A stretch of DNA of 58,200 nt, from assembly GCF_001194135.2 (NCBI RefSeq), contig NC_068984.1, positions 13,700,246-13,758,445 of the forward strand. Direction: 5' to 3'. Origin of the DNA: Octopus bimaculoides (Eukaryota). Position numbers and translations under genes: made by a program. The first letter of the stretch is position 1. The number at the start of each line of letters is the position of its first letter. The notes beneath the pieces are model-generated. The model made no database searches. It was not told the DNA's origin and saw nothing but the letters and a program-made list of their open reading frames with translations. Shown piece after piece: positions 12,641 through 24,120 of this stretch.

Positions 12641-14464
12641 AACATATATATATAGNNNNNNNNNNNNNNNNNNNNNNNNNNNNNNNNNNNNNNNNNNNNN
12701 NNNNNNNNNNNNNNNNNNNNNNNNNNNNNNNNNNNNNNNNNNNNNNNNNNNNNNNNNNNNNNNNNNNNNNNNNNNNNNNNNNNNNNNNNNNNNNNNNNNN
12801 NNNNNNNNNNNNNNNNNNNNNNNNNNNNNNNNNNNNNNNNNNNNNNNNNNNNNNNNAAAAAAGTGAGTATTTCTATACAATGCCAATCTCACCTGTCCTT
12901 CGGATGCAATTAAACAGCTGTAGCGACAATAATTGCTGTTAGTATTTCTGCAGCCTTTCAAATTTTGAGTGCGTCTCCTTCAAACAAAAACAATAAATAA
13001 ATCTTTAATAAATAACTTCATATCTGTTTAGATCTCAGCAACTGAAATTTATCTGCTTTCAATATTCCAAACCTGATCTGCTGAAGAGGATAGTATTTCG
13101 TTACTTTCTTCATTTTGTCGAATTATTATACGTGACACTACTTCAAATCGTTCATTCTCAGGAGTCTGCATTTCTATATCATTAATAAACACCTGTACTA
13201 GATACCGCTTGTTTCTGTTTTTTTTCTTTTTTATCACGTGCCCATACTTTATTTTATTAATAGATAAGCTAATGTGATATTTTCCCCACCATGTGTTTGT
13301 GCTTCATTTTTATCCCGCAATGTACTCAAGTACTTTTAATTACGCTTAGTGAGTCTTCTTTCTTCCTTATTAATTTTCGCATATTTGGTTCTTTAAGTAG
13401 GTTATGTTTATCGTTGAATTTTAGTATCTCCAATTTTTACTTTCATGTCCAAAGCTTTGTTTTTAGTTCATCGTTACTTCTTATATCTTCTTCCTTTTCC
13501 ATGTGTTAATGCTGTTGCTTCCTGTAGAGCCACTTGAATATCATTCCATATTTGATGTATATTCTCTCACTTTATACTTCATTCATAAATGAGTAAATTA
13601 AAAAAGAAATGAACAAATATAATTATCATTGAACTACGGTAGTAGTTGAATAATATTTTTAAGTCCGCAATTTACTCACAAGCAGCATCCTTCAGAGCTT
13701 GTCGCTAATTCAGTTAACCAAATTGAAAACTGTTAACATGTTTGAAGACGACTGCTCCCCAGCTACATTCTGGCATAAAGAATTGAGATTTGATCCAGTA
13801 GAAAAAAGTTTACATTAAAATTTGTAGCAACGTTATAGGAGAGTAAGTAACGCCATCAATGAAGTTTAGATCTAAATAACTTTTTATTTTATTTTAAAAG
13901 CAAAATATATTTATCTTAGCTTTAATGATAAGCGAAAACATGAGGAATTTCACAGTTTTGTTTTCATGCAATAAAAATTTGTATCAAAAAAGTTGTGAGG
14001 TAAAATATGAAAAAATATAAGTGATGTAAGAAATTGGATTTAAGTATATTTAACTGCTTGTATTTTAAAACAAATTTTTTTAATTAAGCTGAAATGATAG
14101 AGCTGAATTCGAAGAAGTTCAAGGTATCAATCTTATGCAATGGAGTTTTAAAAGAAAATAGTTATGGGTGTTCGTTTCTCAAACTTGAGGGTGATAATAT
14201 AATTCTATACTTTTTTATGAATATAGTTCTATAGGGGGACTTTGCATATGTCACCGGCGTTATTGAGGTAAGGAAAAATTATAAACGACACCACTAATTG
14301 ACACAATTGACAGATTATTAATTAGCATAATAGCATAGCCTGGAAAAAACATTGATTACATGGAAAAATGCGAGCAAGAGAAATAACATTCTTAAGATTA
14401 TAAACCTGGAAAATTACAGGACAACTTATTACATCTGGTAAAGTACAGAACGAGAGAATTTTTA

Positions 14465-14772
14465 AAGTAGTTGTACGCTGTCAACTTGATGTGACAGTCC
14501 CCTGAAGGAAATAATAGTACGGTTGGTTAGACCTAGGAAGCTGCACCGCTTCCTGTCGGCCTTGATACATTTCCTGTTTCCTTATGTTTACAAGGGGGAG
14601 ATAAAAACCTCCACCCAGCTAAGCCTGCATCCAGAGATATGTTTCTGAGTCTTTGCTCGTCATCTGTCTGGAATAGCATGACCTGCTAGTTGACGGCATA
14701 CAACTACATGACATCAAGTTGACAGCATACAACTACTTCGTTGTATCATTACTGCATAAATCTCTCTGGGTA
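14465..14772 (-). mobile_element. About 270-bp HHR-bearing element plus inverted copy of its own 3' end
   Basis: 14465-14700 is the reverse complement of 23860-24090. The 3' terminus (acatcaagttgacagcatacaactacttc...gcataaatctctctg) follows in + orientation, giving inverted ends. HHR at 14631-14671 on the minus strand is decayed (CAGATGA). Confidence 0.8.
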
Positions 14773-15965
14773 GAAAATTTTACTCAAAATATTGCAGTTA
14801 AGCATGAAATATGAATATTAAAAATTATTTTATCTTAATTTACAATGTAACATTATAATTTAAAAAGATACCATCACTTTGTTAAAATATTGACTAGAAT
14901 ACTTTAAAAATGAGAGGCAGAAGTACCAATACAGCTAAAGTTTTATGCAAAATAGAATACTATATATGGTAGGCAAATGCATTATGTAAAAATTTCGCAT
15001 TGGGTCAAGACTAAAAATGTGAAGATTGGGCAATAACTTAGGCAATAACTCAAGCAAATTTTATTGTGAATTTGTTGTTGTTGGTTGATTTTATTGTCAT
15101 ATATAATTGTTGTATTATTCTATTTATTGCACTAACTACTTATGTACTACTATTATCTTATATAACATATTTTCAAATAGCTAATAATCAATTAATGATT
15201 TTAAAAAGGAATATTTTTAAAGTGCAAAAAATATTTTGCGTTATTTTTTATTTTCAATAAAAGTAACAAGTAATAACAAATACAATAAATAACTTGTAAT
15301 AAAATTTTTAGTTTCAATAAAAGCTAATATTTTCTAAATATAAATATTTTATTTGAAATGTAATACTTAGCTGCAATATTTTAATTAAAATTTTTCTTGT
15401 TCTGTATTTTACAAGATGTAATAAGTTGTCCAGAACTTTTCCAGTTGTAATAACTTGTCCTGTAAATTTCCAGATTTATAAAATTAAGAATATTATCTCT
15501 CTTGGTCGCATATTTTCCATGTAATATATTCATGCGCACTTTGTCCATATTCATTATGTTTTTTATTTTCTTCAATGAAAATTAGCAAACTGATTCTACC
15601 TCTCATCTAATAATTTTAGCTAAATTTTTACTTTAAATATTTTGAGTTCACGGTCGTAGTAGATATTGTTTTACCTTTGAAACTTTTCAGTTGTTAGTGA
15701 AGGAAGTCGTTTCATGTTTATTAATGGCGATATCATCGATTTGATTTCGATATTTCCCGTTTTGAAATGTCGAAATGTATCTTCGTATATTTCGACGCTG
15801 AAATAATATAAATGAATCAAAACTAGCAAAACAAATGTAATTAATTATTTCAAATATTTTGCTGTTTCCTGCACGTCCTAACAAAGACAAAAAAACATTG
15901 CACCTCTCCAGGGTGTCATTAAAATCTTGTACTTATGCACACACATGCACACACACGGACACACA

Positions 15966-16005
<40 letters not shown>

Positions 16006-16660
16006 NNNNNNNNNNNNNNNNNNNNNNNNNNNNNNNNNNNNNNNNNNNNNNNNNNNNNNNNNNNNNNNNNNNNNNNNNNNNNNNNNNNNNNNNNNNNNNN
16101 NNNNNNNNNNNNNNNNNNNNNNNNNNNNNNNNNNNNNNNNNNNNNNNNNNNNNNNNNNNNNNNNNNNNNNNNNNNNNNNNNNNNNNNNNNNNNNNNNNNN
16201 NNNNNNNNNNNNNNNNNNNNNNNNNNNNNNNNNNNNNNNNNNNNNNNNNNNNNTATATAGTAGATATACATAAGTGTATATATTACTTGTGAATATGTGT
16301 GTGTGCGCGCTAGTATATATATATATAAATTTACATCTATTTTTCTTTACTTTTTCACATATTTATACTTTTCTACTCACATAATTAGGTTGGCAAAAAA
16401 ATTGACTTAATCAAAAGCAATCAACGCAAGAAAACAATGGAAAACTGCGGGGTTTGATGGAAAATCTAGTTTCATACTATAGTACAAGAATAGGAAATGA
16501 CTATGGTGCACTATGCAACGAAGAATTGTCGAATGTAAGTCAAGAAAAGAAGGCAGTAATAGACTTGGACTATTTTTGAGACTCACTCTCAAAATTGAAA
16601 GTGGTTGGTAAGATATTTATGGCGATTTATAGATGCATAAAGAAATGGTGATATATCTTT

Positions 16661-16863
16661 TTCTACTCTAGGCACAAGGCCCGAAATTTTTGGGAATTTA
16701 CCAGTCGATTGGATCGACCCCAGTACGCAAATTAATCTATCGACCCCGAAAGGATGAAAGGCAAAGTTGACCTCGGCGGAATTTGAACTCAGAAAGTAAA
16801 GCCAGACGAAATACCGCTAAGCATTTCGCCCGGTGTACTAACGTTTCTGCCAGCTCGCCGCTT
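16661..16863 (-). mobile_element. SINE family A
   Basis: Reverse complement of the 3224 head and body. Confidence 0.9.
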
Positions 16864-17231
16864 TGAAATGGTGATATATCGACAGAGCAATGACTGCGAC
16901 GATATATGTGTTCAAGTGACTGGAATCCTTAAATGCTGAAATTAGCATTTCAATGTGAAATGCAATACGAGATAAGAAACAAAATAATTAGTTTTAGTGT
17001 TAAATCGTATGATTTTGTTTAATGACAAATTGACCGGGAGTGAAACACATGAACCGCCTTCATATGCTAGAGAAAGAAAGATAAAAGTCAATGAAGAATT
17101 AACATTGCACCATTATATTTTCCAGATAAGATTTAAATTTGATAACTGCATAGCAATATACCACTTACATATGCAAACATATTTGAATTAACAAACACAC
17201 GCATAAGGCGACATAAGTTTTTCAGTCACTT

Positions 17232-17295
<64 letters not shown>

Positions 17296-17341
17296 CCTCT
17301 CTCTGTCGTTCCGACTCTCCTTTTGAAATAAATGTGTATTT

Positions 17342-17552
17342 CTTATCTACAGTAGGCACAAGGCCCGAAATTTTCGGGGACGGGGCCAGTCGATTACATC
17401 GATCTCAGTGCGTAACAGGTACTTAATTTATCGACCCCGAAAGGATGAACGGCAAAGTCGACCTCAGCGGAATTTGAACTCAGAACGTAAATACAGACGA
17501 AATATGCTAAGCATTTCGCCCGGTGTGTTAACGTTTCTGCCAGCTGGCCGCC
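17342..17552 (-). mobile_element. SINE family A
   Basis: Reverse complement of the 3224 head and body; tail shared with the 16661 copy. Confidence 0.9.
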
Positions 17553-18124
17553 AAATAGTTGTGTATATATAGCACGATTTATTCGTCATCAGAGGCGTTT
17601 NNNNNNNNNNNNNNNNNNNNNNNNNNNNNNNNNNNNNNNNNNNNNNNNNNNNNNNNNNNNNNNNNNNNNNNNNNNNNNNNNNNNNNNNNNNNNNNNNNNN
17701 NNNNNNNNNNNNNNNNNNNNNNNNNNNNNNNNNNNNNNNNNNNNNNNNNNNNNNNNNNNNNNNNNNNNNNNNNNNNNNNNNNNNNNNNNNNNNNNNNNNN
17801 NNNNNNNNNNNNNNNNNNNNNNNNNNNNNNNNNNNNNNNNNNNNNNNNNNNNNNNNNNNNNNNNNNNNNNNNNNNNNNNNNNNNNNNNNNNNNNNNNNNN
17901 NNNNNNNNNNNNNNNNNNNNNNNNNNNNNNNNNNNNNNNNNNNNNNNNNNNNNNNNNNNNNNNNNNNNNNNNNNNNNNNNNNNNNNNNNNNNNNNNNNNN
18001 NNNNNNNNNNNNNNNNNNNNNNNNNNNNNNNNNNNNNNNNNNNNNNNNNNNNNNNNNNNNNNNNNNNNNNNNNNNNNNNNNNNNNNNNNNNNNNNNTATA
18101 TATATATATATATATACATATATC

Positions 18125-18155
<31 letters not shown>

Positions 18156-19401
18156 CATGTGTGTGCTTTTGCGTGTCTCTTTGTGTGTATGTGCGTGTGT
18201 ATAAATATGTGTATACATCTATCTATGTACTCCATTCTTTGATGTTGTATATTCTAAAATATGTTTTATTAAATTCAAACCTCTATGAATTCTTTTCTCT
18301 TATCTTTTCTATTCTTTTACTATTCTATTCTGTTATCTTACTAACATGAGTAATACCGATACTTACATTCGTATCCTACTCATAATTTATTATTATAACT
18401 TATAATATAAAATTTATTATTTATCTACATTCTGTATCCTGCATATATTTTGTATGTATGCAATACTATATTGTTATATATTTTTTAATATTACCTGATA
18501 TCTATTTAACTAATTTTTAATTATTCTTTTATTTTCTTATAATGTTTTCTTATATCTTTGCTATTTATCGTTTTTATTTCCTTTACTCTTTTGTTTTTAT
18601 ACATTTTATGTCCCTTATTGTGTATTCTTTATTTAAATATTTATCTTGTTTGGAAGGCCACTCATCTTTTTTGTTCTATTTTATTGTCTTCTGGCTGGTT
18701 TATTTTATTTCGTTCGTCAAGTTATTTCACCACGCATAGTTAGTCCTGCAATATATGCTTCCTTCCTCCTCTTTTATCTATAATCCGATCATCACCCTCC
18801 TTTTCTACTACCCACGACCCCACCTCTCTCCATTTCCGAGGGCTCGTTTTGGCTTGAAACAGGTCGTACAACTATTTGAAGTAAAATAAATAAAAATAAA
18901 CCAAAATGACCTGAAATAAAATTACCTTCTCTTAGAAGTCATGTCTTATTGCTATTCGTGGAATAAAAATAAAACAAATTAACCTTATCTCAAAAGTCGG
19001 AACATGATATCAAGGTCTCACCCACTATTTTGTATCCTACCCCATCACCTCCCTCATTATCTTTTAAGATATTTTGTCTACAACTATGTTGTCCAATCTC
19101 TTAAAGATTATAAATTAAATTAACTTGTGTTTTAGAAATCGTACCGAGTATTATTATATATTTTCCTCTAAACTTCCTACTGCTTTAAAAACTCTCCTCC
19201 TCCTTTCCTGTCACTGTAATGACTTTCCTATATTAACTACCAAACCGAGCAAGCGAATTCCTTATTTTGACCATTACTAGTCATGGAATGCTTTAAATGT
19301 ATATTTCGTGTATATTCATCTGACGATTACGTTTTTTTTTCGCATGATGTAATGTCTCCATTCATCAGTAACAAAAAACTCGTTGGAAACAGCTGTAGTA
19401 A

Positions 19402-19451
<50 letters not shown>

Positions 19452-19452
19452 A

Positions 19453-19486
<34 letters not shown>

Positions 19487-20333
19487 CCTATATATATACA
19501 TATATGTATGAATGTATATATGTATATACATATATATGTTTATGCATGTATCATGGTAGTATAAATTTTGGGGCTTCTTACATAGTTGATATATACTCTA
19601 GTTTTTAACCCTACAGTCAACAACACCTTTCACCTTAAAAAATCTCATTTTGCTCTCATTTATAGTCATTGGCCCTTTTGCACAATAACAAAGCACCATT
19701 TTGCATTATTGTCCCCGTCAAAGAGCGGGAGGACAGTTTACTGAATCAATAATAATTACGGAAACATAACTTCTATTAAGTTCGTATACAAGTATAGCTT
19801 GAAAATTGTGTATAGAAAACAACTTTGTAGGTTTTAAGCGTCACAATATACCTTGCTATCCTAGACATCAGAAGAGATAAATAATACGTACCTATACAAA
19901 CATATTCACATACATAATATAGCTGTGTTCGAAGTGTGGTGAGAGGTATGAAAGGAGGAAAATCGGCCGGTAGATTGATAAATAAATATTGCTTATTATG
20001 CATGGAAACAAGGCTGGCTTCGCATAAATAAATTTCGATGAACGTATATGACATACACACGCACTTGTGGGTCTTTGTGTGTGTGCGTTTTATATGTGTC
20101 AGTGTAAGTATACATCTACGTAGATTAGATATGTAATATATACGTATATATGTGTGTATGTGTGTATACATATATGTGTGTGTGGTGGTATGTATGTATG
20201 TANNNNNNNNNNCATATATATATATATAAATATATGCACACATATACATATATATTATATATACTTATATAAGTATATATATCATGTATATATGAATACA
20301 TATATAAATAAATATATATATAGGGAGAGAGAA

Positions 20334-20364
<31 letters not shown>

Positions 20365-20443
20365 TCATATAAATATATATCAACGAATATATAGAATACA
20401 CATACATACATACATACATACATACATACATNNNNNNNNNNCA

Positions 20444-20477
<34 letters not shown>

Positions 20478-22866
20478 CAAATGAGAGAATGTAATATACG
20501 AATATATATAGAAACAAAGACAAAGAAAGGAGACAATGTGGAGGAGTTGAAATCTCTAAAGATGGCGGTAAGTGCCATGTTTAATTCGGCTGCACGTAAC
20601 GTAAATGTTTGTTCAAAAATAGGATCTGATGGAAATGGAATTGAAAACAGTTATATAGTTAGTAGAAGGTGAGATTTTTTCACTAGGTCTTGTTTTACGT
20701 CGATGTATTTGCTATAAAATACCCAACGAAATAGTCTGATATCACTGTTTTTGTTTCGTATTTCTAATTATTTTAATGATACTTTGTAGAAATTATACAG
20801 GCGTATAAAATACACACTTAACGCGGATAGCGACACACGTTTAGAGGTATTTTATTGTTTTTANNNNNNNNNNNNNNNNNNNNNNNNNNNNNNNNNNNNN
20901 NNNNNNNNNNNNNNNNNNNNNNNNNNNNNNNNNNNNNNNNNNNNNNNNNNNNNNNNNNNNNNNNNNNNNNNNNNNNNNNNNNNNNNNNNNNNNNNNNNNN
21001 NNNNNNNNNNNNNNNNNNNNNNNNNNNNNNNNNNNNNNNNNNNNNNNNNNNNNNNNNNNNNNNNNNNNNNNNNNNNNNNNNNNNNNNNNNNNNNNNNNNN
21101 NNNNNNNNNNNNNNNNNNNNNNNNNNNNNNNNNNNNNNNNNNNNNNNNNNNNNNNNNNNNNNNNNNNNNNNNNNNNNNNNNNNNNNNNNNNNNNNNNNNN
21201 NNNNNNNNNNNNNNNNNNNNNNNNNNNNNNNNNNNNNNNNNNNNNNNNNNNNNNNNNNNNNNNNNNNNNNNNNNNNNNNNNNNNNNNNNNNNNNNNNNNN
21301 NNNNNNNNNNNNNNNNNNNNNNNNNNNNNNNNNNNNNNNNNNNNNNNNNNNNNNNNNNNNNNNNNNNNNNNNNNNNNNNNNNNNNNNNNNNNNNNNNNNN
21401 NNNNNNNNNNNNNNNNNNNNNNNNNNNNNNNNNNNNNNNNNNNNNNNNNNNNNNNNNNNNNNNNNNNNNNNNNNNNNNNNNNNNNNNNNNNNNNATTTTT
21501 GCTGCTATTTCTAGCGAGTAGATGTCCTATTATAGGCGTCTCTGCATTTCTAATGAATAATACATAGTCTATTGACTGTTTTTACTCTCGCTAGGCCACT
21601 GGTGGTAAATAAAATTTCTAAAATTTTCTTTGCCACCCTATAATTTATTAATATATATATATATATATATATACTTATATGTGTGTGCGCGCACGCCTTC
21701 CACGCCTTTTTATTTCCCCGCTACCCCATTCCCTATGACACTCGTAGCGAACTTTTCAGATACACAAACGCATGCCTTTGTCTCTTTCACTCTTTATTCA
21801 TGTTCTATGTATTATCTTCATAACAATATGATACTGTGTGACATTCGTGAATTTACCAAATGCATTACCGAATGTAATAAATTGAAAGGAACTCTTCCGG
21901 GAATCGAAACTGTGTTAAATCGTTGATTCATAGGGATTTTGGTTTTGACAATGGCACTCTCTGACAATTATCTTTTCCTCTTAATTATTTCAGTTATTGA
22001 TCTGTGGCTATGCTGGGGCACCAGCATGAAGGTATTTAGTCGAACAAAACGTCCCTATTGATTTTTTTTTTTAAGTGCGGCGTTTATTTTATCTGTAATA
22101 TTTGCCTAAATGCCAATGCTACAGGGACATAAACAAACCAACACCGGTTGTCAAGCTATGGTAGGAGGATCGACACAAAGACAAAAACCACAAACACGCG
22201 TATTGACACACACATTCACATAGTGGGCACTCACATAGATATAGATATTGATACATATATATAAATATGATTTTTTTTTTAATAATAAAATCCCAAGTGA
22301 AGCTAGAAGCCATTTAGAATAATGGAAAATGAAGAAAGAGAAATTAAGAGGAAACAAATGAATTTACTTTAGACTTTAAAGAGATCAGGTCAGAAGAATG
22401 GTGGGTGGGAAATTAAATGGAAGAGAGTTCCAAAGTCTGGCACGTCGAGGGAAAAACACCACGACTGTACAAAGACATCCTTCTTAGTTGAAGTACAACA
22501 GTATTTGGATGAAGGTGGGACAAAGAGAGATAGCTCATGAGAGAAACGTCTGTGATAATTAGTTCTATTCTAGGTACAAGGCCTTGAAAATTTTGGGGGA
22601 AGGTGGGGCTAGTCGACTACATCGACCCCAGTTTTTAACTGGCTCTTATTTCATCGACAGACTGAAGGAATAGAGAGACCGATCAAATTAAAGTCTGACT
22701 TGCGAATCCGGCCCAGGAGATCAAAATTTTCACATAGTGCACCTGCCCGAAATATGACAACAATGTTCTTTATATCAACAATTTAAGAACTTGTAAGACG
22801 TGTGTGTGTGTGCATGTGTGTGTGTTTGTGAGAGAGTATCTGTGTATGCGCATATATGTATATGCA

Positions 22867-22922
<56 letters not shown>

Positions 22923-23074
22923 NNNNNNNNNNNNNNNNNNNNNNNNNNNNNNNNNNNNNNNNNNNNNNNNNNNNNNNNNNNNNNNNNNNNNNNNNNNNNN
23001 NNNNNNNNNNNNNNNNNNNATATATATGCGATGGTTTTGTTAAGCAGCCTCGATTTTTACAATGCTCTAAATAT

Positions 23075-23400
23075 CCCTCTCTATCTAGGTCGTTCCTCAG
23101 GAAGCCCCAAGACTGTTTCCACATGTTTCCCCCATTCATCTCGATCTTCCATAATAATCTTCCTCAGCTCCAGTACCCCTTCCATACCATTATCCTCCGG
23201 AAAGTTGTCGATATAGGTCGTCTTACTCCTTCTTCCCTTGGTTCTTCCTTCCGTTGTTTGCCAGAGCACTAGCTTGTTAGCAATTTTATCAGTATGCCTG
23301 ATGCAGTGTCCAGCTAGCCTCATCCTTCTATGCTAGGTCTCTTCAGGTTCATTGATAAATATGTCTCACAAGATATTTTTAGTGTGGGTTAGCTTGTTGT
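23075..23400 (-). pseudogene. RTE-clade LINE, 3' end of ORF2 remnant
   Basis: RMRLAGHCIRH...ANKLVLWQTTEGRTKGRRSKTTYIDN...MEDRDEW resembles the RTE C-terminal RLxxAGHxxR...LW.P..G.R.RGR...T..D...DR..W motif. Confidence 0.8.
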
Positions 23401-23466
23401 GAAATGACCATCAACTTCATCAAGCCAGCCGACACTAAAAATCTCTAGTGAGATATCTTTATCAAT

Positions 23467-23512
23467 GTACCTGAAGAGGACCAGACTAATGGGTCGAAAC
23501 ATATGTTGTAAC
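23467..23512 (+). ncRNA. Minimal type-I hammerhead ribozyme candidate
   Basis: gtac|CTGAAGA|g|gacc-agactaatg-ggtc|GAAAC-atat-GTT|gtaac; palindromic ACATATGT; stem I only 3 bp. Confidence 0.65.
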
Positions 23513-23594
23513 TAATAAACGACTAACACCTACTGCCTGGGGCGCAGTTGAGTGAGAGACCAACAAAACTCCTTGTTACACCAAATATGAACTT

Positions 23595-23700
23595 AAGGTT
23601 CATCAACTTAAATAGGGAGACCGTCCAGAAAAGTTGCAGGAGGTTCCGAAGTCGACTGGAAGTCGTGATTGATGCCAATGGCGATTTTATTGCATATGTG
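23595..23700 (+). pseudogene. Tc1/mariner transposase extreme C-terminal remnant
   Basis: NLNRETVQKSCRRFRSRLEVVIDANGDFI matches the typical ...ACxxFxxRLxxVIxAxGxxIE tail. Confidence 0.7.
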
Positions 23701-23849
23701 CTTTTTTCAATAGAGAACCTAAAATTCGGAGGGAGTCGAGAAAAACTACCTGCATCAACTTGTTATGAAAGATTTAGAAATGTATTATTTCTAAATTTGA
23801 AATCAGTGAATATATTTCACTAGAATTATTATATGTTTACAAGAGCTTG

Positions 23850-24120
23850 GACGGGCATCTTCGACTAGCAGGTCATGCTACTCCAGATTGATGACGAGAA
23901 AAGACTCAGAAACATGTCTCTGGATGCAGGCTTAGCTGGGTGGAGGTGCTTGTCTCCCCCTTGTAAACATAAGGACACAGGAAATGTGACAAAGCCGACA
24001 GGAAGTGGTGCAGCTTCCTAGGTCTAACCAACAGTAGTATTATTCCCTCCAGGGGACTGTCACATTAAGTTGACAGCATACAACTACTTCATCGTATCAC
24101 TACTGCATAAATCTCTCTGA
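23850..24120 (+). mobile_element. About 270-bp HHR-bearing element; HHR at 23882-23924
   Basis: tccaga|tTGATGA|c|gag-aaaaga-ctc|a|GAAAC-at-GTC|tctgga: 6-bp stem I, palindromic ACATGT; same family as 14465-14772. Confidence 0.75.

Noticed and set aside
20562-20573. aaagATGGCG|gtaagt, a good Kozak start plus consensus donor
   Set aside because: It is immediately preceded by microsatellites, with no promoter-like or acceptor context and no supported downstream partner exon; could be chance.
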